From Octopus vulgaris (lineage: Eukaryota), in assembly GCA_951406725.2 (NCBI GenBank), contig OX597837.1, positions 3,100,001 through 3,164,000 on the forward strand: a DNA stretch of 64,000 nucleotides, written 5' to 3'. Numbering within the stretch: position 1 is the stretch's first letter; each line of letters starts with the position of its first letter. The translations under genes were made by a program, and so were the position numbers. The notes beneath the pieces were generated by a model, which saw only the letters and a list, made by a program, of their open reading frames with translations, had not been told where the DNA came from and searched no databases. This document shows positions 12,800-26,279 of this stretch, one piece after another.

Positions 12800-14625
12800 T
12801 CCTGAAGGAAAGGCACCCAACCACCAGGGTAGAACCTTTGCTTTTCTTCCAGGGCTCCACTTACCTGGTGCCACTCACGCCCAGCTTTCTTGCCACAAGC
12901 TTCCATTTTTTATCGAATCTCTCTTCTCCAGCCTGATTTTACTGCTGAGGTGGTAACTAGAAAAGTTGACCAACCCCTGGCCAGATACAAAGGCACCTGT
13001 CACTATTCCTTTCCCATCCATACTGTTTCTTTCAGTATGGCTACTACGCAGAAAAAGCAAGCCTTCCTCTCCCTGTTAAGGGAAGGAGGCAGCACAATCT
13101 CAATGATAGACTCAACTGATATCTGTACTCTTCCCATTGATAACAACAGTTATTCTATGAAAGCTATCAGTCCCGTTAATTCCGGACACTCCACAAATGC
13201 GTGCAAGACAGTCTCCCTGTCCTGCCAACACCTCGGACATGTCAATGAGATGGCACTTCCATGCCTTGACAGTTTATCACGAACAGGTAACACCACACGG
13301 AAGCACTGCCAAGCCAGGGATTTCTGGTAATTATCCAGATACCCCGGCCCGAAAGCTCTCCTGAACAGGTTGATCAACTGATTTTCATTGTAGCCCAGGG
13401 TCTTCCCCAAGGCATCTTCAGACATAATCTCCACTAACCCACTATAAAAATCCGTGTGGAGCTCCTGCTGCCAGCATTGCCCACCCGAGAGAGCAACTGA
13501 AGTACCTGACAACACTCCAATTGCCAGTCCCCCAGTCTAGGTCCCTGCTTGATCCATGTACCAATGTCTGTTAAGAATGTTAACTGTGGAAGATAGAACC
13601 GGACGTGTGGTGACCAGATCTGCTCTCCATCCAGGTAAAGCCAGAGGTGCCTCAACTGTAACACGAATTTTCGTATCTTCAGCCAAGGCATCCCTAACTC
13701 ACCCTTTAGTGGTTTCTGGCAGCAGACAGAGCACTTCACAAGTGGCTTTCCTCCCTTCCACAACAAGCAGAAAAGGATTCTCTCCAACTTGTTCAGTCAC
13801 AAATCTAGGCAAGGCACCACGGTCAGACGGTAGGTGATTACTGATGCTATAAACATCTGCACCACCTCCAGCCTCTCTAGCAAGGATAACGCCTGCCCAG
13901 ACTAGGTCTGGGTTAGAGCAGTCACCTTGCTGGCCACCTCACTCCAATTTTTCTCTATCTGGAGGTCTGGACCAATCCAGACTCTGAGCAGCTTAGCAGG
14001 ACCTTCCATCCAACACCCCACGACGTTATTGGGCGCCATCAGCTTGCCCCTCCAGGTGCCAAGTTGCAAACTGACTGACTCGTCCTTGTTAACCTTTGTT
14101 CCTGCCACTGCCTCGAAACTTTTGATGGCCTTTTCCACCACTAGAAGCTGGCTCTCATCCGCCACGATGATGGAGATGTTATCTGCATATGCCATAGCTC
14201 CTCTTCAACACCATAGATCATGCAGCACGCCCCTAGTGCCTCCAACTTCCGCAGCAATGGCTCAAGAGTCAATACATTCAAAAGCAGAGATAGGGGACAC
14301 CCCTGATGCATTGAGCGCTCGATCATGAATGGCTTCGAAAAGAAACCATTAACTTTCATGACAGACTCGATGTCGTCATACAACGCAACAATCCAACCCC
14401 ACAGAAGGTCGGGGCCCAGGAAAGCCTTCTCGAGGACCACCATCAAGTACCAATGGCCAACCCTATCACATGCTTTAGATTGGTCTAAATGTACCAGCGC
14501 CCCCTGCTGTGTCAGAAAGTTTCCTCACCCTCTCTAAGGAGTAGCATATAAGATGGAGATTGAAGTGGATCAACCTGCCTGGGATAGCACACGTTTGCAC
14601 TTTCTCCACAAGTCTGTCCACGACC
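12800..14625 (-). mobile_element. Degenerate L1/Tx1-clade LINE ORF2 fragment (RT plus zf-RVT)
   Basis: QGCPLSLLL, AYADNISI, and CPRCWQDRETVLHAFVECP zinc-binding motif spread over several broken frames. Confidence 0.8.
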
Positions 14626-15248
14626 CGGCATATGTCAGTCGAAATTAATTCAATACAAAAATAAAGCCTACAACAGCTTTTCAAAGTGTACAGAAAATGT
14701 TCAGCAGAAGATATTGCTTCCACTTAAAGTGGAAGCCTATAATAAATTTTCATCTAATAAAGGATAATAGTTCCAATCCCACCTCCTACTAGGGGTGGGG
14801 CATAAAAACAAAGTCTAAAACAGTTCGAATTTTTACACAAAATTAAAAAAAAAGGCAATGCCACAATGGTCACAGAATTAAATTTAACAGTTCCTATTTC
14901 CCGGTATACCAGGGAGTAGTAAAAATAAATAGAGTTCAACAAATACAACAACAATAACAATCCAAAAACAACAGAATCCAACAATAGCAAAACGTTTACC
15001 AGCACAAGAAAAAAACACGACCACATCGTAGGACCAGAAACAAGGTTCTTACCACACAGCCACTCCTGTACCTATATGTGTGTCCTCTTTAACAATTATA
15101 CATCCACTACATGAGAAATCTACAATGGCTCCATAATTACTGTCTCAACTATAATCTTTGTGTCCTGGTAATCCATTACAGTACTCACCTAGCGTACCTA
15201 GTTGTTTAGATCACCTGTGAACTAAACCCCCATACTTTGTGTGTGTGC

Positions 15249-15285
<37 letters not shown>

Positions 15286-15550
15286 CAACTTGTGTGTCTG
15301 TGTGTGTGTATCTATGTGTGTGTCTGTGTGTTTAACTTCCCAGCACATCTCCTCCTAGCCAACAAATCATAGAACCACCAAAAATGGGTCACTTAAAGTT
15401 TAGGCAAATGAAAATTGAACTGCGCTATTTCTGTTCCGAAATTCATCTCGCAAGTGCAATAACCGATAATGTGTTTGTTTAGGCCTTATCCCATGCATTG
15501 AATAGTGAACTTTACTCAGTCAGCTGTTTGACGTGAACTGTGTTCACCAC

Positions 15551-16266
15551 TGCTCAGGACTATAGAAAAAGATACTTGCCCAAGGTGCCATGAAATGAGA
15601 CTGAACCCGGAACCTTTTGGTAGGGAAGTAAACTTCTTACCAAAGTCTTTGGGTTTCAATGGTGTCTATGGATAACTGTGGCTTTGAACCAGTTGGTCAC
15701 TATCCCTAATCTCCTGGTTTGGCCCTATCTAACTATCATCTGTTCCCCAACATGAAAAAAAAAACACTTGGCCGTGAACCAGTTTCGAAGTGATGATAAC
15801 ATCATATCTGCGGTTGGATGATGGTTTTTTGACCAACAGGATGAAAGCTTCTTCACCGATGGCATCCAAGAACTGCAACACCAAAGGAAGAATGTGAGTG
15901 TTCTGCAAATAGACTACATCCGATCTAATAGCTGTTCCTGCTTACAATGTTGTATGGTATTGCCACTTATAAGCTAAAAATATTTATTATATTTGGTAAT
16001 AAAACTGATGTGAAACATAGAGCTTCATCAGAGTGAAGAATGAATAAAAAAGAGCATAGAGAAGAAAAAAGGAAAAGTTATTTTAACATCTAACTCAGCT
16101 CACCTTTATATCTATATATATAAAACTGTAGTTGTGTGAGTGTCTGTCCCCTTCGATTTAAATTCCTAACTACTCCCACATTTTGCGGTGCAGTTTAACC
16201 AAATTCGGGTATCTTATAGTCGTGATTCATATCGAGCCCGTCTGGGTATTAGCGCGCGTCTACGAT
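15551..16266 (+). repeat. Recent local duplication of 18585-19515, lacking ~225 bp
   Basis: Near-identical to 18585-18930 plus 19156-19515. Confidence 0.85.
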
Positions 16267-16700
16267 ACGTAAATTGCATGAAAAATAAAAAATAAAGATA
16301 TAAAAACGAATCGCCGTAAACATTGTAGAAATTCGGCAAAGAAATGAATTTTCGGGATGTAGCCTGGAGGGTTTTTTTGTATTAATCATTTGGACTTTGT
16401 GAATGCATACCAATTGTTTTCATAACATTTCTAACGCTTTGAATTAAATGTGACCATTTTGCGTTGAGTCTGCAGTTTGTATCACTTTAACCAAATTTTA
16501 GCAGGCCGGATTTTTGATCATCACGATACATCGCCAGTGACTCCCTGAAACTCTCCCCTGAAATCCCCGTTGAGAAATCTATTATATATATATATATAAT
16601 AATACTTTGAATGTGACTCTTGAGAAAGAGTAAAAGTAATTATCCGATAAACGACAGGTATTACTGCTAGTATATATATATATGTATATATATATGTATG

Positions 16701-16732
<32 letters not shown>

Positions 16733-16735
16733 TAT

Positions 16736-16934
16736 TGTTAATGTTTATGTTCTTGTCTCCCCACAAATCCTGCCAGTCCCCTCCTATTCCTGTCTGCTCC
16801 ACTTCACTACCCCCCACCAACCACTGGAATTATATAAAATTATCAGAATTATCTGTAAAGAGATAAAATAACAATGAAATTGTGTCTGAGAAATAAAAGC
16901 AAATGTTTGTGTGTATATGTACTATATATATGTG

Positions 16935-17029
<95 letters not shown>

Positions 17030-17416
17030 ATATATATATATATATATATACGTGTATAAATAAATGTTAATAGATGTTCTCTAAAGAGCAGCCAACAAAC
17101 CATGAATTGGTCAATGAAAGGACACTGTCTTCCCCAGTCTTTTTCCTTGAAATCAAACAAGTTTACATTGTTATTTGACTCACGGCAAGGCTTTGTAACA
17201 GTCAAATATATACATGCATGTGTGTGTATATACATATACACACAAACATTTGCTTTTATTTCTCAGACACAATTTCATTGTTATTTTATCTCTTTACAGA
17301 TAATTCTGATAATTTTATATAATTCCAGTGGTTGGTGGGGGGTAGTGAAGTGGAGCAGACAGGAGTAGGAGGGGACTGGCAGGATTTGTGGGGAGACAAG
17401 AACATAAACATTAACA
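16736..17416. repeat. Near-perfect 186-bp inverted repeat flanking a (TA)n tract
   Basis: 16736-16921 is reverse-complementary to 17231-17416. Confidence 0.9.
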
Positions 17417-17754
17417 GCAACAAAACTGAAATTTTAATAAAATTAAAGAAAAGAAAAAAAAAGAAAATGACCTTTCATTGTTGTTGTGATGGTGGTGGTT
17501 ATGTTAATGTTGGCGGCAGTGGTAGTGGTGGAAGGTTAACACTAGAAATGTCATGTTTTACATTTCATCTCTTGATGGAAGATAAAAAAAATTAAATAAA
17601 TAAGAATAGAAACATGAAAATAAAAAAAAACAATAACAAAACAGCAACAAGAACAAGAACATCATTTGAATGAATCTTGAAATTTGATGCAGTAAAATTT
17701 GGGAAAAGACTAAAACTGGGTCTGTTCTTGTCAACATGATATGATTATTCATTT

Positions 17755-18090
17755 CTACTCTAGGCACAAGACCTGAAATTTTTTGGCGGGGGGGGGGCAG
17801 TCAATTAGATTGACCCTAGTACACAACTGGTACTTTATTTATTGACCCCAAATGGATGAAAGGCAAAGTCAACCTCAGCAGAATTAAAATTTTGTATATT
17901 CTTTTCTACTCTAGGCACAAGGCCTGAAATTTGGGGTGAAGGGGCCAGTCAATTAGATCGCCCCCAGTTCTCAACTGGTACTTAATTTATTGACCCCAAA
18001 AGATGAAAGTCAAAGTCAACCTCGGCAGAATTTGAACTCACAATGTAAAGACAGATGAAATACCGCTAAGCAAATGTTTCTGCCAGCTCA
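17755..18090 (-). mobile_element. Two tandem tRNA-derived SINEs carrying a Meta-like central domain
   Basis: Minus strand gagttcaaattctgccgaggttgacttt...tttcatc...ggggtcaataaattaagtaccag, the MetaSINE-type motif. Confidence 0.65.
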
Positions 18091-18669
18091 ATTATTGACT
18101 TTGACATTAAAACTGTGGGGTTTCTTTTAATTTTGGGGTTTTAAAACAAGAAAATTGTAATTTTTTTAAAATGTCTTTTATTTTTTACTTATTTCAGTCA
18201 CTGGATTATGGCCATACTGGGGCATTGCCTTGAGAGGTCTAGTCAAGCAAATCAATCACAATACATATACATATGTTATTTTCTTTTTAAGCCTGGTCTT
18301 TACTCTATCGGCCTCTTTTGGCAAATGGATAAATTATGTGGATGCAAACAAACTGACACTGTTTGTTGAGCAAATATAAAGACACACACACATAAAAAGC
18401 ACCCAGTGCACTCTGTAAAGTGGTTGGCATCAAGTTGTAGAAATCCTGCCAGAAAAGACAAATAAAGCCTGGGGTAGCTCTCTGGTTGGCCAGTGTGGAG
18501 AACAAACATTAAATGATGATGATATTATACACAAAAGGCTTCATTCAGTTTCCACCTACCAAATCAATTTGCAAGGCCTTGCTCTGCTCAGGACTATAGA
18601 AAAAGATACTTGCTCAAGGTGCCATGAAATGAGACTGAACCCGGAACCTTTTGGTAGGGAGGTAAACTT

Positions 18670-19020
18670 CTTTGGGTTTCAATGGTGTCTATGGATAACT
18701 GTGGCTTTGAACCAGTTGGTCACTATCCCTAATCTCCTGGTTTGGCCCTATCTAACTATCATCTGTTCCCCAACATGAAAAAAAAAAACACTTGGCCGTG
18801 AACCAGTTTCGAAGTGATGATAACATCATATCTGCGGTTGGATGATGGTTTTTTGACCAACAGGATGAAATCTTCTTCACCGATGGCATCCAAGAACTGC
18901 AACACCAAAGGAAGAATGTGTGTGTTCTGCAATGGAGACTGAGTTGAAAAGTAAACCTCATTTTGTTCTCATTCCATGTAAGAATCTTGGTCAGCCTATG
19001 AACTTTTCAACCGATGCTCG
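18670..19020 (+). mobile_element. Mariner transposase C-terminal remnant with right end
   Basis: Degenerate YSPDLAPSDYHLFPNMKK...FFDQQDEIFFTDGIQELQH motif across frames. Confidence 0.65.
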
Positions 19021-19359
19021 CATGTATCTATGTATGTGTGTGTGAGTATGTACATATATATATATATATATAAAAAAATTAAAGTAAACAGAAAATGGAG
19101 AAATATGGATGAACAACAATTGACTTACATCAATTATTATTTATTAATTCAATACAAATAGACTACATCCGATCTAATAGCTGTTCCTGCTTACAATGTT
19201 GTATGGTATTGCCACTTATAAGCTAAAAATATTTATTATATTTGGTAATAAAACTGATGTGAAACATAGAGCTTCATCAGAGTGAAGAATGAATAAAAAA
19301 GAGCATAGAGAAGAAAAAAGGAAAAGTTATTTTAACATCTAACTCAGCTCACCTTTATA

Positions 19360-19870
19360 TCTATATATATAAAACTGTAGTTGTGTGAGTGTCTGTCCCC
19401 TTCGATTTAAATTCCTAACTACTCCCACATTTTGCGGTGCAGTTTAACCAAATTCGGGTATCTTATAGTCGTGATTCATATCGAGCCCGTCTGGGTATTA
19501 GCGCGCGTCTACGATGAGTCTACGATTTAAAAAAAATTTAACATCATTTTTTATTCCATTTTAATGCATATTTTTTCGTGTGTCGATGGCGGCGGAGTTG
19601 GCGTCCATGGTCACACCTGCACCTGTGTGCTTCTCCCCCTTCTTCCCTCCCTCGTGAAACTGTGGGGAAGGGAGTGTAAGGAAATCAACGTCGTAAAGCA
19701 TTGTCAAGGAGACCAGCGTTCTTTTAGAACAACGACTTCATGGCTTGAAGACACCAAAACAGAAATGGCTAAGAAAGCCCGAATTGGCATCTATAAGGGA
19801 AGTAACTCTCTAAAAATGCTTATATAGTTATTTCCCTTACAAACCCGAGCAACGCCGGGCGATACTGCTA

Positions 19871-19871
<1 letters not shown>
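19360..19871 (+). mobile_element. Non-autonomous Helitron-like element
   Basis: A|TC start, subterminal hairpin cccgagcaacgccggg, CTAG|T end; the same 5' end occurs at 16111. Confidence 0.7.
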
Positions 19872-19909
<38 letters not shown>

Positions 19910-20041
19910 AGAGGTAGAGTAATATGCTTTATTTAAAAGCAGCAGAAATATAACAAAAGCTCTTACTCAGAGTTTCACGTTCTTATTCGTCATAAAATAC
20001 AAAATGGGTCAAGAACGCAAAACATCCAGACAGTTAGGTGA

Positions 20042-20076
<35 letters not shown>

Positions 20077-20514
20077 GTGGGTGTGTATATATATATGTAT
20101 ATGTTTATTATATATATATATATATATATATCATCATCATATATATATATATATATGTAATGGAAAATTATACAAAATGTATAAATAGATGATAAGTAAA
20201 GCATTGGCACAGTTTAGGTTACCTGTTGTTATCCATAGATTTACTGCAGGAACTTTGTAGTAGTGGTTGGGGTAATAGTATTATTAAAATAGGAGATGGA
20301 ATGTGTAATAGATTTTATTGAGCACAACACATGTTTCAACTTGTCATTCTGGGGCTCTTTGGGTTCATCAATAAAAAGTCTCACTGGAGATTTTTTGAAT
20401 TGGCTTATGCACTGCTATATGTCCATCAAATTCGAGATTGAATATATATGTATTTATATATACTTACACACACATATATGTACATATATATACACACATG
20501 TGCATATATATGTA

Positions 20515-20577
<63 letters not shown>

Positions 20578-21567
20578 TCTTGAGGCTCCTGGTTGTCTGA
20601 AGATATGCAGTCTATCTGATAAGATATTTTAAAACAAACAAAAGATGTTTTCAAGGAACATCTCAATCCAATTCAGATATGCCTTCTGACCCCTCCACCC
20701 ACCCTGCACACACCTTCAACCCGTGACCACTTTATCCTAAATTACAAAGACCCATATTTCTCCACACAAACCCTTACATCCCTCACTTGTGGTTTCTTCT
20801 TTTCATCTTTCCTCAATCTTTCTTTTCTCTCAGTTATCAAAAAACACACTAAGATAAAAAAAAAATGATTTAAGTTTAAAATGATTTATTGATAAAATTC
20901 TCTTGAAACACATTAAAAAAATTATGTTAACCTTGGGGTGTGTCATATTGTCTCAATGCTTTATTATCTAACACACTTCAACCAAGACCTTTGGCACTAT
21001 GACATGGTGCTTGAGAAGAAGACCCACTAAGCTGAGCAAAACCACAGTTGTAGCAGGTACTGGTGTGACACAAATGGCACCCATGCTGGTGGCATGTAAA
21101 AGCACCCATTGCACTCTTGTTGTGGTTGGCATTAGGAAGGGCATCCAGATGTAGAAAACCATGCCAAATCAGACTGGAGTCTAGAGCAGCCTTCCAGCTT
21201 ACCAGCCAGCATAGACAACGGTCATTAAATGATGATGATGATGACACTAACCGGTTCCATTTCCACTCATTTATCATTTATAATTTTTCTTGCAAGATTT
21301 TCGTTGCTTTTACAAACTTATCAATGGACGTTGAGACCCGACATCCAATGACAAGTTTGCAAAAGCAATGAAAATCTTGGAAGAAAAATAATATAAATAA
21401 GTAAACGAGTGGAAATTGGATCAGTGAGTGTGTTAGATAATAAGGCATTAAGACAATATGACCCTATTATTTACTAATAAATAGTAAATGATATTATATA
21501 TATATATATATATATGGAAAAACAAGTGAAGGTAGAAAATGCTAAAATAATTTTATAAAGAACATTT

Positions 21568-21603
21568 CAGTACCGGTTTCAGTCATTGATACTTTTTCAA
21601 CTG
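21568..21603 (-). ncRNA. Minimal hammerhead-like motif (U3-A8 core)
   Basis: Reverse complement cag-TTGAAAA-agt atcaatg act-GAAA-CCGG-TA-ctg; palindromic stem III ACCGGT. Confidence 0.5.
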
Positions 21604-22193
21604 TAACAATCAAACAATTAGATTTAGAAGAATCAAAAGAAAAGTTTTTTTAATTGAATATTTGTATAGTGTTCAAATACAAGTGGCATTTTCCTTGTTT
21701 CTGCCTGTCTCTGTGTCTCTTGTTTACTCTTGTGGGTTCGAGGTCATTGTGAAACATGCTTATATGGGTACAAGCGTGTTTACTATGAACTTTTTACCTT
21801 ATCTTAATTAGCAGTCATTCGAATAGCACTTTTGTATATATAGCAGTCTATAACACAGTAATTTCCCTTTGTATAATGGTCATTTTTCATAGCGTTTTTC
21901 CGATGGCCAGATAACTGAAGAAATGGGGGTGTGGATTTCAACCTCGGCATCTGAAACTCAGAGTTTTATATTGGCTACCGAATAATTGTCACATATTACA
22001 TTTACTGGTATACATATATATATATATATATATTAATACAAGTAATAGGAGAGAGACCACATGTGGTCACTCTAACGCTAGAAATAGATCCGCAAAGGGA
22101 ATCGACCACTAAAGAATTGTTCTCAAGCATCAATTCAACACGCCAAGAATGTAAGCGGGCAGGACAAATGAAAAATAACGAAAAAATAGATTA

Positions 22194-22269
22194 ACTCTAT
22201 ACAATTGTTTCATCATTAATAGATTGTGTAATTTTACTTACATAATCATTTTCGAATCCTCAGTAGAGT
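22194..22269 (-). ncRNA. Hammerhead-like motif with enlarged loop II
   Basis: Reverse complement actcta-CTGAGGA-...-GAAAACAATTGTA-tagagt; 6-bp stem I, palindromic ACAATTGT; partial inverted copy at ~22478-22520. Confidence 0.5.
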
Positions 22270-23265
22270 ATATCACAGCCGATTATATTTGCAGTTACGT
22301 TCAAATATCCTCATTTTTGGCATGTTGAAAATACCGGATGTAAATACTACCTCAGTAATTTTCAACGCGCCAAAAACAAGGATATTTGAACGTAACTGCA
22401 AATATAATCGGCTGTGCCGTTCGCCTTTGCTCGGCTTCATATGGATTTTGGCGTTCGGTTCAGTAAATTTTATTTTTGATATACTCTACTGAGGATTCGA
22501 AAATGATTATGTAAGTAAAATGATATATATACACATATATATACATACATATATATGACTGGCTCCTGTGCAGGTGGCACATAAAAAGCACCATTTGAGC
22601 ATGGCCGTTGCCAGTACCACCAAACTGGCCCTCGTGCTGGTGGCACGTAAAAAGCACCAACTACACTCATGGAGTGGTTGGCATTAGGAAGGGCATCCAG
22701 CTGTTGAAACTTTGCCAGATCAGACTGGGCCTAGTGCAGCCTTCTGGCTTTCCAGACCCCAGTTGAACCGTCCAACCCATGCTAGCATGGAAAGCGGACA
22801 CTAAATGATGATGATGATAATATGCATACATACTTATATATATATGTATGCATTTATATATATATATGTCTGTATGTGTACATCATCATCATTTAACGTC
22901 CGCTTTCCATGCTAGCATGGGTTGGACGATTTGACTGAGGTCTGGCGAACCAGACCCCAATCTCATCTGGCAGAGTTTCTATAGCTTGAGACCCTTCCTA
23001 ACACCAACCACTCCGAGAGTGTAGTGGGTGCTTTTACGTGCCACCGGCACGAGGGCCAGTTAGGTGGTACTGGCAACGACTATGCTCAAATGGTGCTTTT
23101 TATGTGCCACCTGCACGGGAGCCAGTCAAGCAGAAGTGGCAAGGACCTCGCTATAAAGTTTTTTCACATGCCATCAGCACAAGTGCTAGTAAGGCGATGG
23201 AAGTAACGATCACGCTTGAATGGTGTTTTTAACGTTCCATTGGCATGAAGGCCAGTATGTATATA

Positions 23266-23336
<71 letters not shown>

Positions 23337-23518
23337 CGTATGTATGTTAGAAAGGGCATCCAGATGTAGAAACTGTGCCAGATCAGATTGGAGTTTGGTT
23401 CGCCAGACCTCAGTCAAATCGTCCAACCCATGCTAGCATGGAAAGCAGACATTAAATGATGATGATGATATACGTATGTAGGTATGTATATATATATATG
23501 TATTTATGTATGTATGTA

Positions 23519-23551
<33 letters not shown>

Positions 23552-23593
23552 GTATGTATGTATATATATATGTATGTATGTATATATATATAT

Positions 23594-23637
<44 letters not shown>

Positions 23638-23721
23638 GTATGTGTATATATATATTTATGTATATATATGTATGTGTATATATATATGTATTTATGTATA
23701 TATATGTATGTGTATATATAT

Positions 23722-25466
23722 ATGATTCCTTCCTCTCTTTCGTCCAATCTTTCCATCCAGCCCTCCACTTCACTTCCACTATCTCCAACACCTCTGTCTC
23801 CTTCCTCGACATTTCGGTTAGCATTCTTCACTCCACTCTTACCACCTCCATTCACTACAAACACACAGACTCACACTCATACCTCAACTTCTCTTCCTCC
23901 CACCCAGAACACACCAAGCTTTCCATCCCCTATTCCCAATTCCTCCGTCTACGTAGGCTCTGTAGTGACGACCATGACTTTGAGACTCAGTCTCAACGTA
24001 TGGCTCACCACTTCACCCTACGTGGATACCCCCTCACCACTATCCACACCGCCCTTGCCAGAGCACGGTCCGTGGACCGTGTATCTGCTCTCTCTCCCCG
24101 AACCCGCCCTGTAGTCTCCCGCCTCCCTTTTCCCCTCACTTACCACCCCACGACCCTACGTCTCCAATGCACCATTCTTCGAGCTTTCCGTCATCTCCAG
24201 TCCGACCCGTCCACTTCACACCTCTTCCCTAACCGACCCCTCCCCTCTTTCAAACGAGCCCACAACCTTCGAGACCTTTTGGTCCATAGCTCCTTCCCTG
24301 ACCCTACCTCCCAACCCGGCTCGTTCCCCTGCTCCCGCCCACGTTGCCGCACTTGCCCTTATCTCTCCAACACCACCCCCCTCACTAGCACCCACCATCG
24401 ACCCTATCCCATCATCCACTTCTTCACCTGCACCTCCAGCAATATTATCTATTGCGTCTCGTGCTCTCTCTGCAATTCCTTGTACATCGGACAAACGGGA
24501 CGCCGCTTGGCTGACCGGTTCGCGGAACACCTTCGTGACATCCACCTTGTGAACGACACACCGGTCTCACGCCATTTCCGCTCCACCGGTCACTCCTTGC
24601 AACACCTATCTGTGTTCGGTTTGTCCTTACACAGAGGCCATCCGGATTCCCGTTTGCGCCGTGAACAGGAATTAATCTTCTCTCTTCGCTCTTATACGCC
24701 ATTTGGTCTCAACTCTCCCCCCTCCTCATCTAACCCCCTCTCCCCCTCCTCACCTATCCTTCCCCCCGACCCCTACTTCTTCAGTCCTTCATCCTTTCAC
24801 CCCTACTTCCCTTCCCTTCTTCCCTCTTTCTCCCTCCCTCCTTCCCTCTGCTCCCTCACTCCCCTTCTCTCTCCCCCTCCCCCTCTTTCCTCCTTCCTCC
24901 CCCCTCCTCTCCTCTTCCCCCCTCTTCTTCCCCTCCCCTTCTCCTCACTACACCACACGACTTTACACATCACATCATATATGATGTGCCATACTAATAC
25001 ATACACCAACTAATACATACTAATACATACACCAACCCTATACATACACACGTCCAGACCCCTCATACGCACTTATACTCTCTCATACACACACACTTAT
25101 ACATACTAATACGTACAAATACATACTAATACATACACCAACCCCATACATACGCCTGTCCAGACCTATCCTAGGGTCATTCAACCCTATTATCTCCCCT
25201 TATTTCGCTCTCGCGTCTCATGTTTGATCTTTGACCTCTGGCCAAAATCAGATTGCCATGTTGATTCGTTAGTTACTGCACGCATTTTTTTTTCTCTCTC
25301 CTTCTTTCTGTGTTTTTTTTCTCTCTGTGTATCTTTCTGTTGAAGAGCGTAGGCTCGAAACGTTAAAGACTTGTTTTTTATATATTTCCTGAGAGACATA
25401 AAAAAACAATTGTTTGTTTGTTTTCCACCTGCCTTCGTCTTTTGTCTATTTTCATAAAGCTTCCCG

Positions 25467-25470
<4 letters not shown>
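23722..25470 (+). mobile_element. 5'-truncated Penelope-like element (RT thumb, GIY-YIG endonuclease, terminal repeat)
   Basis: FLDISV...[17 protein letters not shown]...[50 protein letters not shown]; bounded by (TA)n on both sides. Confidence 0.9.
25332..25369 (+). ncRNA. Minimal hammerhead-like motif in the Penelope 3' repeat
   Basis: tcttt-CTGTTGAA-gagc gtag gctc-GAAAC-GTT-aaaga: stem I 5 bp, stem II 4 bp, palindromic ACGT stem III. Confidence 0.6.
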
Positions 25471-25505
<35 letters not shown>

Positions 25506-25519
25506 TAGAGAAGCAATGT

Positions 25520-26175
25520 CAGTACAGAGAAACTTTTGTTTGTCTTGTAATGCCATGTTAGGACCAGACATGAGACTGAAGAGACCAGAAGGAATTAGTT
25601 CCTCTCTGCAACCTGAAAGATATTTCCTCATCCAGAGAGCAAGAACGGCTGAGTGTGCTGCCTAGGTAGACAAACTTGTCTACTACCTTCAGAATTGTTC
25701 CTTCAACCAAGATAGCTGGTTCTATATATGGATTTCCAGGTGCAGGCTGGAACATTACAACAGTCTTGTCCAGGCTAATACTGAGTCCAAATGCCCTGCA
25801 AGAAGCAGAAATGCAATTCATAAGTATATGCATGTCATCCCCTGTATGAGTGACTAAGTCACAGTCATCTGCATAAAGGAGGTCACGAATAATAGACTGT
25901 CATCGCCACAGATGGAGGAAGCAGGTTAGGGAGGGGATCGACTCTTTTGAGAGAGCACGTATCCACCATGAAGAACTTAAGCAAGCTGCGCGAAAGTGCA
26001 CGGCTCATATAGTGAATGGGGAAAGCTTGGTCTGCAATGTTTGCAGTCGTGTATGCTTATCAAGAGCAGGGCTCATTAGCCACCAACGGAGCCACAAATG
26101 CAAAATATAAGTTAGTCCTAGAGAGCACAATGTTCCTGAAGGTCGGCAATGGTCTTCCTCGGTCACGAGTGGACG

Positions 26176-26180
<5 letters not shown>
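25520..26180. mobile_element. RTE-BovB-type LINE fragment with an internal inversion
   Basis: Minus strand LLYADDCD...VVDKFVYLGSTLS (25520-25895) abuts a plus-strand C-terminal zinc finger [21 protein letters not shown] (25900-26110). Confidence 0.7.
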
Positions 26181-26229
<49 letters not shown>

Positions 26230-26238
26230 TTGTATATG

Positions 26239-26279
<41 letters not shown>

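Noticed and set aside
23484-25013. 509-aa ORF as a host gene
   Set aside because: Chimera of microsatellite, truncated Penelope RT/GIY-YIG and pyrimidine-rich low-complexity sequence
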